Source of the DNA: Spironucleus salmonicida
Lineage: Eukaryota
Assembly: GCF_000497125.1 (NCBI RefSeq)
Contig: NC_090600.1
Coordinates: 1,137,197 to 1,201,196, forward strand
Reading direction: 5' to 3'
DNA: 64,000 bases
The position numbers and the translations under genes were made by a program. The notes under the pieces were generated by a model. The model was not told where the DNA came from and ran no database searches. It saw only the letters and a program-made list of their open reading frames with translations. This document shows positions 26,929 through 40,564 of this stretch, one piece after another (within the stretch, counting starts at the first letter, position 1; the number at the start of each line of letters is the position of its first letter).

Positions 26929-28655
26929 TTTAAGTATATATAAGTTAATAATATCATAATGTATATTTACTTTTAGATGTATTCACAATTTTATTTTTTC
27001 TTACATCAAACATAATATGAAAAAAATAACAACAAAACCTATTAAATATATTGTGACTGTTTATATTATGAAGTTTGAATCTTTAATAGATGAATCTGTC
27101 TAAAGTTGTATTAATGTCGAAACATTGTTAACAGATAATATATATTCAGACTAATTTGACATTAGTCTAATAAAGTCCTTTGATTCGATTATAATCTGAT
27201 TATTTAGTTAATATTAATAGCTACTAAAATATTCAGAAACTGCTATATTGTTTATATAATTTTGAAGCTTTATTTAAACCAATACATTTCTTTCAAAATT
27301 TGTAAAATTCAAATAGAGCTTTTAATTTAATAAAAAGAAACTTTAAATATGAAATGTAATAACAGAACCCTATAATTGAATTACTTTTTTTTCTTAGACA
27401 GAATTATCTAAGTTTTAAAATTGTAAAATTAATAAAGGATTAAAATAACTATTTAATGTAATTTTGGTATTAATAAATGTTGGAATATCTTTTACATGAT
27501 ATGATTTAACAAAAATATTGAAGCTATTAATTTAAAAAATTAGAAACATTTCTTTAGAAAGATAGGGATTGTTAGTCAAGCTGCTATTCAATTCGATTTT
27601 AAGAAGTATATTTTTGTTACTTACAAATATTTAAGCTTAAGTAATAATATTTGAAACATGTGTACCAGTAGTTAATATATTATTGAATTAATGAGAATAA
27701 TATTTTGAACTAACTTAATCATAGAATATCATTTATATTTAGGAGACTGATGATCCTATTAACTATTACGTCCTGAAATTACAAAAAATATCATTATAAC
27801 AACATTTGAATAACTAGATATTATTATGTAAAAAATGTTAATTAATTGTGGCACTACAGATTTAGTCTCTCAAAGGTGCCTCTGCATATTTTTCTGTCAG
27901 TAGACTAGATCTTGTATTATTCCAAACCCAATCTATTTTTGGTGTATTAACGAAAAAAGTTTTCATAAATTCTGGACATGTTTAAGGAAACATTTATATA
28001 TAGAATGATCTTATTCCATTAATTGGGGATAAAAGGAATTATTTAATTTGCAAACAGTCTTATATTAGAAACGGTATGACTTAGATTTTTTAAATAAATT
28101 AGGTTTCTTTGTAAAATCCTGTATCAAATGTAAGACTCAATTAAACATTCTTCTATATATACACGTCGAAACTTAATTACAATTTTGTATTCTATTAAAA
28201 ATGTGCATATGTGCTAGTAATGTTAATATCGTCAAATGATAATGTCACTATAAATTTAGTGATACTTTAACATTACAAGCTATTTTAATTAATAATGATA
28301 TCAATTGTCGAAAATTTTGATTATTATACTGACTTAAAGGCAGATAACTAAATAAAACAGAAATTAGCTAGTTAATACATTTTACACTTTACTAATATTA
28401 TATAGTAATACATAAAATTTATTCATTAGACAAATAATGTCAATTAAGAATATTTTGATGAATGAAAAAAGTTATAAATAGGTTAAGATCGACTAAACAA
28501 TACAGTTCTATATCATTAATAGTTAATTAAAGTTACTTTTAAAATATGAAGTATTTCAACAAAATTTTATGATCGTATAGAAAGAACTTATCAGGGAAGC
28601 TAACTATTTGTTAATAGTCAAAGAGATAAATTATATAGAAAATATATCAGCCTTC

Positions 28656-29117
28656 TCATCCTAACTTTACACCATCTACACGGCCTAATTTATCCCGTGA
28701 GCATTTCCACTATTTTTATGCTTCCCCTTATTCTAGTAGTTCATAGAATCGATTTTCATTAACAAATTCTCTAAGCTAGGTTTACTATAGTTTTTCTTTT
28801 ATCTCGTCGACGGAGCTGATCAGGCCGACCTCGAGGTTGCGCCGGATCACCACGACTGGAGACTCGACGAATACCCTGAATAGTGTGGTATCCACTTTTT
28901 CGAGCTGCCCAGCATCTGAGAAGATGCAAAGAATGCGGTTGACTAAGTCGAACTCCGGCTGAAAGTGAAATAGAGGTGGTCGAAACTCTTTGAGGGATAG
29001 GAAGTGTGTTCCGGTATCTACAAGGTGCGACTGGATGCGCTGAACCCAGAACTGCAGCTGGCGGTCGAGTACCTGGGGCTATAGCTGGTAGAATGGCGGG
29101 TAGAGCCCAAGGTCCAT
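28656..29117 (-). CDS. VPS25: ESCRT-II subunit Vps25 (153 aa)
   Basis: YPPFYQLQP...RQLQFW resembles Vps25 FPPFFTLQP...QL..W; also PPLF, GQLEKVD and C-terminal DGVKLG (cf. GVKFF). Confidence 0.8.
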
Positions 29118-29647
29118 TTAGTGGAGGGGCTAAAATCTCACTCGAGTAGGACATACTCTCGCACCGCATCATAGCCGAGACGGGTGGTGGATTGCGTAAG
29201 TTGCCGCAGCATGTTGGTGCATACATTGCGATGCTGCTCATCCAGATTGCTTTGGAGGATGGTCATGGCGAACTACAGGATCTCCGATCGCTCCACGGCA
29301 GCCTGTAGCTGGGTGTCGATGTACTTGTTGGACTTGAGGAAGAATATCCGCCTGATAAACCGGTAGTCAATACAGTTAGCGCGGATGCAAGCGATCGCGA
29401 TGGAACGCTAGTGGTGGAACTTTAATAACATTTCTGGAAGTGGATGTGGATAATCTGGAGGGAGAACACGATAATACATAATTGGAAATCACAAATTATA
29501 CTTTCGGCCCAGCCTGTTCTGGAAACTCTTTTTCGCGCTAAACTTAAGAATGGGATTCGAGGTGTATACCGAATAAAGATCAAACTGGTTATCGAGAAAC
29601 TGGTTTCTGGAGCCTTTTCGAGGCCTCGAACCGGAGACTACTAACAT
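28803..29647 (-). repeat. Inverted repeat arm B (845 bp, GC-rich)
   Basis: Reverse complement of 23870-24714. Confidence 0.97.
29138..29431 (-). CDS. Small hypothetical protein (97 aa), copy in arm B
   Basis: Same sequence as 24086-24379. Confidence 0.65.
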
Positions 29648-29732
29648 ATAATAATAAGTCCCTGTAAAATAAATCAATCTTAATTTTACTTACCGGACAA
29701 CATAGCTCGCGAAGAATAACCTACAATAGTGA
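29550..29732 (+). CDS. Small hypothetical protein (60 aa) crossing the arm B outer boundary
   Basis: MGFEVYTEQRSNWLSRNWF...KNNLQQ, ends TAG TGA. Confidence 0.4.
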
Positions 29733-29941
29733 ATAAGTTAAAATAATTCTACTCGAAATTCATTATTGTTATACACTAAAATATATTATCTAAGATAATT
29801 TATGTCAAACGCTACAAATTATATATTTAGTTGATTTTAATTTTCGTACGATTTCTAGACCTAAATTATACTCTTTCGAAACGAAAGCTGTCAACTGCAA
29901 ATCTGTACGCTCAAATTTATCAAAAGAAAAACTTAAAACCC

Positions 29942-31714
<1,773 letters not shown>

Positions 31715-32566
31715 TTTACTATAAGGAGTGGAAAGAATAAATAGAATATTAATAATATATTAAATACCAAATTAACTTAATTTATAATTACTATTTATTC
31801 GTATTTTATATTATATTCGAATAATCGTTAGATAATGTTTGTTGGCAATTATAATGTTACCATTATATAAAAATATGAGATTAACTAATAGCAACGATAA
31901 AGCCTATAATAAATTATATATTAAGATATTAATATTCACTACTTTAAATGTCTAGGTTTTTCACTTACTTTACTTCTTTTATAACATCTATTGTATAAGC
32001 AATGGCCATGCTATTAATAATGTTAATGAATTTCTTAGTCTTTTTTTAATTTCTTTAAAAACTTTTCCTCTTGCGTACTTTGTACTATATCAATAGTCGT
32101 GGCAGATAGTACATCAATTATTTTTGAATTAAATCTGCTTAGTTCATCAGAGTATAAACGCTAAAAAGTTGTTTAGGGTAAATGAAAAGACAAATTATAT
32201 TATTCAAACTCATCCTCATAAAGATTTATAGGCTGTATTTACTTTTCTAATTTCATTCGTCTTTCTTATCGTTAGATTATGTCTTAATATTGCATTTTCT
32301 TGAAATAAAGTATTGAAGTTTTATTATATATTAAGTATAGTATTAATACTTAAAAATGCGAATAATTTACATATTATCATTACTTTGCTTTTATGTACTA
32401 CCTATCAAAAAATTTAATTATATACAAAAATCCACCTTAAATTATAGGGATATATTGGTCACATATAATGATAAATATATAGTGTGTATACAATAATATC
32501 CGCTGTAAACTATTATTACATAGTATTATATAAAATAATTAATCTGATACATTACATTAAAACTGA

Positions 32567-33859
32567 ATGGTATCTTTTAGTTTGTTAATGATAATCCAAA
32601 CATGGGCAGGATAAACAGTTGGATTCACTATTGGAAATTTTTCAACAGATATAATGACATTATATTATTAGGCTGTATATGGTGGGTCTTTTGAGTAAAA
32701 TAATCTAAGATTATAAAGCTTCCTGTCAGTTTTATCAATAGGATATGTTGTTGGCTTTCTTTTAGGTTCCCTTACTGTTTCAATATGGATTAAAATAATT
32801 GGATATAAAAAAACGGCATTTGTAGGTTCTATAATTTGTGTCTTATTTTTCATATCTGGGTGTTTTGCTGTTAATGAATATTACCTTTTTGTTATGAGAT
32901 TTCTAACAGGTTATGGGTCTTAAGTAATGGCGAATACTATTATAGTATTAGTTGGAGAACACGCCTAAAATAATCAGAGAGGATTATTAGGAGTTATGTT
33001 TTCAGTACATGTTTGTCTTGGTATCCTACTAGCTACTATTGTTTTATTAATTATAAGAAGTTTTGAGAGTTTATACAATGGATGGTGGCTTACATTTGCA
33101 ACATCTCTTATTTGGCCTAGTCTTGCATTTATTACCTTATTCTTTGTCCCAGATGCTAAAATAAGAGAGAGTAAGGATATAGCAGTTAAAGAGATATTCT
33201 AAATAAAATATATAAAAGTATTAGCTAATTGTATTTTACTTGGAATATTGTAGATGAGCACAGGTATTAACGGTGTTTTACTTTATTCCACGTAAACATT
33301 TAACTAAGTATTTAATCATCCCTTAAGTTCAGTATTCGGTGCACTAATCTTAAATACTGTTAACTTTTTATCTACTCTAATCGCTTTAGTATTTATAGAG
33401 CGTTTAGGTAGAAAAATATTATTATTTAGTGGTACTCTGATATGCTGTATTGCTCTAATCGGCCTGGTTGTAAACTTTTCTCTACCTATTAGTAATACAC
33501 CATTATTATTAATATCCTCAATAGTTTTCATTATTGGTTATTAATTTGGGCCGGGTCCCATTTTTTATGTATTTGCTTCAGAAATCTTACCAGTGGAAGC
33601 AAAAGGAATATTTACTACTATTATAAATTGTTTTAATCATATTCCTAATATATTCGTAATATTTTTATTCCCTGTATTTGTTTCAATTAAAGAATGGTTA
33701 CCATACGCTACTTACATAATATTTACAACTTTAACTACCATTATATTATTTTTTTTAGCACCTGAAACAAAAGGAAAATCATAAGAGGAAATTGATACTA
33801 TAATGCTTATACCATCTAAAAAAATTAAAAATTTAGAGATACAGTATGCAGAAGTATGA
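32567..33859 (+). CDS. MFS sugar porter
   Basis: Multi-TM; RFLTG, QMSTGINGVLLYS, IERLGRK, GPGPIFYVFASEILP, PETKGKS. Confidence 0.92.
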
Positions 33860-34740
33860 TTTATTTTTCTATTACTTTTATTCTTCATATAATTTAATAG
33901 TGGAAACTATAATTTACAGTTAATTTTCATGTGTTAATATCAACTAGCTTAATTATAAGTAAAAATTTCAATTTAGCTTATAATAAATCTAAATAAACAT
34001 GTGATATCCAGGTTGTCAATATAATTGTAGATGATGATCAATATAAGTAAAATCAACTGAATTTTATCGAAAACTCTATTTTCAAATAATAAAATAAATT
34101 CTGCTTCTATATTAAATAATAAGATAACTTAGTAGAACAATTCAAATTTATTAGATAATAATGATCTGTTGTATCATAGAGATTAGTAATTTTTAACAGC
34201 TGCTCTTTAAAAAACTTATATCTATCTATTTCTTTAAATAAATATTGATATACTCATTTATAATTATATATTTGGTTGTATTATTATTGAAAATCTGTAA
34301 CTAGTACTCAATTAGTGATTTATATTATAAATGTATTTAATAAATGTAACGTTTTGTTCATTTAATATATACCTCAATATAAATAAAAACAATATATAAT
34401 AAGATAATATAAAAAATAATTTATACCAAAAATAAAAGAACTAAATAGAAAATAGAGTTAAAGTTTATATTTATTAAATTTAATACGGGATACTCACATC
34501 AATATTGCTAATATTAAAATTAATAGTTTGCTTATAATTACATCTTTATGACCTTGTTTTATATATGTGTATAGATAATATATGTTGAATCAGATTTTAT
34601 TTCATATTTAATGAAAATTATTATAAGGAATGATATTTTTTCCCTCGATCATTAATAACAAAATTTATAAAATTATATTAAAATAATATTTAGGTAGTTA
34701 ATGTTTTTGTTAAACTAAAATATTAATATATTTAAAAATT

Positions 34741-35655
34741 TCACACTAATTTTTCTGGTATTTCTGTCTGATCAAAACATGCAGTTAACTAATCTGATAA
34801 ACTAATTACATTTGTCTCCACTACACCTGCCTTAGTTTTTTAACGTTTTTTATGCAGTATCTTGAAAACTATAGTTCCGATACAAATAATTATTAATATA
34901 ATCCCTATAACTAATGCAATTACCCATTTTTAATCAGTGGGAATTACTGGAAATATCGGAATTACTGGAGGATCTTCTTAATCTTCTTACGATTCTTCAT
35001 CTTTCCATTTTGATGGCCAGCACATTTAACCTATAATTGCATAGTCTTTTGAACATACAGTACATTTACCAAATGCATCTTTTACAGTATTTGGTAAACA
35101 TGTTTCGCAACTTTTGCCATCTGAACTACAAGACGCACAATTAACAGCATCTTCACACTTACATTCAGAAGTAAGACCTTCGACACATTTAGTAGGAGTG
35201 CCATCTTTACAATAGTAATTATTTTCCATATTCGCACAGCTATCTATACACTCCCCGTTAAGTTTTGTGATATAGGGTTTTTCACATTCATAGCAAAAAG
35301 TTTCAGACTCACAATGAGTGCAATTATCCTTACAGTAATTGCATGTATTAGTAGTTAAATCACAGTACCCACGTGTTACTTCTGCACAATCTTCACGTTT
35401 ATGACAAAGTATGGTACAAGTTTTCGTGGATGGTTTCACAATAAGACCTTCTATACATTTAACACATTTGCCATTTTCACATTACTCACATTCATTTACT
35501 TATTTGTTATCTGTACAATAACATCCTTGGCCTAAATAGATTTGATCAGAACATGGTTAACAGTTAACAGTTTAATTGCTGATTGCAGGGCAGTAGTAGC
35601 CAGCCTTGCAAGTCTTAGTGACGATTGAGCAGGTACCTGATACTGAACTCAACAT
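34741..35655 (-). CDS. Cysteine-rich membrane protein (CxxC-rich, C-terminal TM)
   Basis: Many CxxC/CxC motifs, TM IALVIGIILIIICIGTIVF followed by KILHKKR. Confidence 0.9.
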
Positions 35656-35659
35656 TTTC

Positions 35660-35678
35660 TATATATATATATATATAT
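35660..35678. repeat. (TA)n microsatellite
   Basis: About 9 TA units, 4 bp upstream of the cysteine-rich gene ATG. Confidence 0.9.
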
Positions 35679-36510
35679 CAAACACATAATTATAATATTG
35701 TTGAGTTTCTGGAAATTGGTAATAATAGCTATATTACAAAACCAATACTGAATTATAGTTTAAAAAAATATATGATATGATTTGAAAAATCATAACAGTT
35801 TACGGTTTTGAATTTATTAACAATGATTCTATTTTAATACTATTATTAATAGTAATACTTATCTTAATCGAAATAGTTAAGACCTTTAAATTTAAATTTT
35901 ATTTAACATTTTTAGCCTTATTAATTATGTTAAAGAGTAAAGTCATTAAAATAATTTAATCTCGTAATACTTAATATTTATCATAAATAATTCATTTGAA
36001 GTATAAAATCACAATATCTAAGTACTAACTAATAATAGAGAATTTGTATCTATAATTACGTTAACCATAATTAGTAGATAATCAGAACCTTCTACAAACA
36101 GGCAGGAGTTATACGTATGTTCTATTACTATATCATTTTATATAAATCACGGCATTTGTCTCCCAACATTCAGATTAATACTATAAGCAATAGCATTTAG
36201 CGTTTAACTATCTAAGCACACTATATTTATTTTTAATGGAATTATCCTACTATCTCTTACTAGTCCCTTATGTTTCACATATTCACTATAATAGTGAAAA
36301 ATAAAAACGCTGTGGAATACCCACATGCAATAAGTTTAACTTCATAATATTCTATAATTGCTATTTATATTCATTTCCCTAGCACAAGAGCTAATAATTT
36401 ATTATTGTACTAAGTTTCAGTCTTATTTTCAAATAATTATAGAAGGACATCCACTTCAAATATCAAAACTAATCTTATAATATTCTAAACTATTAGTATG
36501 TTTCCAAAAA

Positions 36511-38016
36511 ATGAAATACATGAACCCACTCCAACAAGCTTGTCTGTAGCACAACCTTCCTAATTTAAAGGCCTCAATTCATCTACTAAATCACTCAAAT
36601 CCGACCCCTTTGATGCTTGCCGCGTAGTCAAACTTTGTGGAAGCGCTAAATTTTCTCTCAGAAAATGCGTTCGAGACGCTAAAATGTGACACAATTTGGG
36701 TGCCAAAGGGGGCTCTAGCAATTCAATTTGCAGCCACGTATGCATCAAAATCTGCACTCTCTGTGCTAATTTCTGAACAAAAACCAGCAAAAATGACTGA
36801 TTTAATGATCGAAGTTGTTTTGTGGAGTGGAAAAATTAACAAATATATTATATAATATTAATAATATATAATGAGTAAAAATCTAGTAAAAGCCTAAAAT
36901 ACATTTAAAACAACCAGCTCTGTTTTAGTGAATAAAGACCAAGTCCGCTAATTCATAGCGAGAGATGGAGTCGGGAGGACATATTTACACTATTTGGCTC
37001 TTCAGTAAATAAGTAATTTTGATGCTAAAATTGTTGAAAAATTGATCGAAATTGCAGTTGAACTGCGAATTTCTCATCTTCAGGATAATTTGACATTTAC
37101 GGCTTTGCATTATGCGAGTATTTCGGGGAACGTGGAGTTCGTCTAAACGCTCCTATCGCTCGCACCTGAAAACGCTAAAATTTTGACCAAAAATGGGTAC
37201 AGTGCACTAATGTTAGCGTGCTAAAACAATAAATTGAGTGTTGTTAAAAAACTTGTGTGCGAAACTTAGTTAGTTTCGAACGAGGGGCTTTCTGGCATAT
37301 TTTACGCTGCCATAAATAAAAATCATGAGATTTGTGATTTTTTGGATTAATTCGAAGATGGAATGAAAAGTTAAAATTAAAGTGAAGTTGAAATTTGTGG
37401 AAATAAAATACTTCCAAGGAGTAATTGGCAAGATGTTTTTACTGGGTGTTAAGTAACATAGTAGGTAGAGTAAAAAATAGAAATTTATACAAATAAAGCT
37501 TAAAATTAAGATTTAACGGAACTAAACTAAGTACAGTTATAGATGATCTAATAAGAGGCTATTTACGAGCCAGTTATAGAAGATTCTTTATACATATAGT
37601 AAACTTAAGATATACAGTTAGATACATAGGCACTTAGTAATTTAAGTAAAGACTAAGATGTTTATGAGAGTTTGAGTAATAGCTAGAAATCCTACAAAAT
37701 GCCATATCCATTTGCTGAATAGGTAGAAGATATAATTTACATAAAAAATACATGCCGGGGAAAGGAATGCTTATAAAAATAAACAAAAACTTAGATTTAG
37801 AAACTATAGACTGACAATTTAGAGTAATCCGACATTAATGAAAAGATATTAGAAGAAAAATTAAAAGAATAGGAAATTTAATATCTTTCAAAACTTGAAA
37901 ATGTTATAGACCATTATGAACTAAAAATGAGTAAAATGAGAGACATGCTTACTGAAAAATTAGACGATTAATCTGAATTAGCTAATGTATTAAAATCCAT
38001 AATGTAAGATGAGTGA
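36511..38016 (+). CDS. Ankyrin repeat plus coiled-coil protein (Protein 21.1-like)
   Basis: TPLMLAA, GRTYLHYLA, TALHYAS..GN, SALMLAC; in-frame upstream ATG at 36325 also possible. Confidence 0.85.
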
Positions 38017-38055
38017 ATTAAATATTATATACTTAAATTATATTTAATATTAAAA

Positions 38056-38553
38056 ATGATGATACGGCCAATTTTAGACTCTCTTCTTACACCCGAAGAT
38101 ATTAAAAAATACAGATATGATAAGACATTTAATTACAATTTTATATCACCAGATGAAATTGAATCCTTATAAAATGCATCATCAATAACTCTTATTAGAG
38201 ATTTTTAAATAAAGGCGCATATACCTTAAAGACAACCAGTGATTTTTAGAAAAGAATTATAATAAGGATAGTAAGATATTTAGTTTCCATAAAAATCAGA
38301 AGTGTTTAGAAGACCTAGATCGGCGCCAAAAATTAGTTATTCTCAAACTATAAAGCATTAGGATTTTATTGTTAGTAATAATTCATATTATTACAGAATA
38401 CCTAATTAAGGGTTACTGCTAAAAACTAAAGTTTGCAAATCACCAGCCACACACAATAACCCAATATAAATCTAACATAATAAAAAAGAACTCGGAATAA
38501 GATTACGATAAAATCGAGGAAACTGTTTTTTAAATGATTTTAAAGCTAAGTGA
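38056..38553 (+). CDS. Hypothetical protein (165 aa)
   Basis: MMIRPILDSL...DFKAK, ends AAG TGA. Confidence 0.6.
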
Positions 38554-38639
38554 TTATATATTTAGTTTAGTTACTTATTATTCTATATTTGGTTTCTAAT
38601 ACACTATTTAGTATTATATAGAAATTTCTATATATAAGC

Positions 38640-39092
38640 ATGAGACGAAATGCGTTTAGTCTTTTACGAAACTTTAGATAAATGTAAATCGAACAGAACC
38701 AAGAATTTGCATGTATTTCGAAACAATATTCATAAATTATTTCGCCACTACCTTCAATGGATTAGTAGAAGTAAAAATAAAAACAAATATTAAAGAGTCC
38801 CCCTAAAATTCATCTAAATTTTGGATCAGATAATGACTATAATCCCACCATAAGCTGTAATTACGATAATTTAAGAAGAGGAACACCGCGATTGCCAAAA
38901 TTTTAACAACTGTAAAAGTAACCTTAAGTTTTATAGGATGTTCAACTATAAAAACAAATAACATAGTTATTCATAGACAAATAAGATTATTAGGATATGA
39001 TTGAAGAAAAAGATAATAATTAAATAATTAATAAATAGTTACTAACAGTTTTTAATAATCTACTCGACGAAAACTTAGAATTTTATATTTGA
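38640..39092 (+). CDS. Hypothetical protein (150 aa)
   Basis: MRRNAFSLL...LEFYI; Q-rich, coiled-coil-like end. Confidence 0.55.
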
Positions 39093-39463
39093 TTATATGA
39101 TTTTTTATTTTATAGCATGTTTTAACTATTTTTTCACCTAACATAAATGGTATAATTCTATTTTGGTGGCTATTATAAAAATATGTAAAACCTTTACTAT
39201 TTTATATATAATAAAGTAAACAGTTACAAATATAAATTCACAATAAGTATTACTACTATGAAAAAATATATTAAACTAATTACAGATAATATTTAACAAA
39301 CGGTTCAAATTTAAAATACTTACAAACCACAAAATATTCGATACTCTTAAAAATATATCAATATATTGATATATAACATATTAAAGTCATTTGAACCACA
39401 AAAGATAAATCAAGCATTAAAATGAATAATAACTGTTGATTTATAATTGCCATTCCGTCTAAA

Positions 39464-39952
39464 ATGTTCAGTATACTATTCGATGAAGAACTTAGTAACA
39501 CTTAGGACATCTTCTTGCGCCTACCAATTACATTTGAATCTTCATAAAATATATAGAAAGTCAGCCAAGTTAAGTCTGGTAGAAGATTTTAGAACATTTG
39601 GTCTTAGCAAGAAGATTAGTTGTTAATCAAGTTAATGAGTAATAAAAATGCTCAAAAGTGGAAAGATATTACCGAGACTTTTAATGAAGCTCAAATAGGT
39701 AAATATAGAGACACTTCATCAATAGTATAGCATTGGGTTAGAGTTCTTAACCCTAAAAAAATTTTAAAAAAATGGACTGAGGAGGAAGATACATTACTTC
39801 TTAATATATTAAAGGTTAGTCCACCTAGATAATGGAAAAAGATTGCAGACCAGATGCCGGATAGAACTGATAACTAAATTGTTAGCAGACTCAAAGCAAT
39901 CAAAAAGTATGTAATAGATAAGGATAACTAATTTTAAAATTTGTTTCCGTGA
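39464..39952 (+). CDS. Myb-like DNA-binding protein (two repeats)
   Basis: WSQQEDQLL...KWKDI...HWVRVLNP...WTEEEDTLL...WKKIA..MPDRTDNQI. Confidence 0.92.
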
Positions 39953-40248
39953 GTATTCTTTAATCTTTATTTTAAAAATCTAATGATTTTTAAAATATTT
40001 TCGATTGTTCTTGTTCCCTAATTACTTATACTAGATTAACTAATAATTATTTCTGTTTCGTAGCTAAAAAGAACTACCTTAAACACTTTAGTTTCTTCTC
40101 TTAGACTAGTTCTGTATAACGATAAATATATATATATTTATCTAAAAATCTTCATTTTCAATGCTTACTATCTATACTAGTTTAAGAATAAGTTAGAGAG
40201 TACTGTATATATTATATATTATTATTATTAAAATATAGCTGACAGTAA

Positions 40249-40416
40249 ATGCGATCATGTACGGCCAACAGAAAGTCAAAGACTCCCAAAAAGGGGGATA
40301 TGCGCTTACCTTTGATACTATCTCCATAACCTATGAATGTCCAAACAGGTGATAATTTTGACTTAAATTTCACCTGCTCAGTCAGACTGAACCCGTCTGA
40401 TCAAACCTCTTAGTGA
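40249..40416 (+). other. Small ORF (55 aa) or structured RNA
   Basis: GC-elevated island; ORF ends TAG TGA; hairpins CAGGTGA/TCACCTG and TCAGAC/GTCTGA. Confidence 0.35.
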
Positions 40417-40564
40417 TTTTCTGATTTTAATTCCCACAACGATTTACTACTACACAATCGACACACTAAACTCCAATTTCTTTTTTCGCAAGTGACTTAA
40501 TCTGTTCCTAAATTATTAATATTATATACTAAATAATAAGTTATCTCATTCCGCATTTCACAAT

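Noticed and set aside
27068-28464. Possible gene(s) in the spacer between the arms
   Set aside because: Competing open frames on both strands, no motif, and with only TGA as stop long AT-rich frames arise by chance
23870-29647. Composite transposon or MITE interpretation of the inverted repeat
   Set aside because: No transposase, reverse transcriptase or integrase motifs, no terminal inverted repeats within an arm, and the arms contain host gene parts including Vps25
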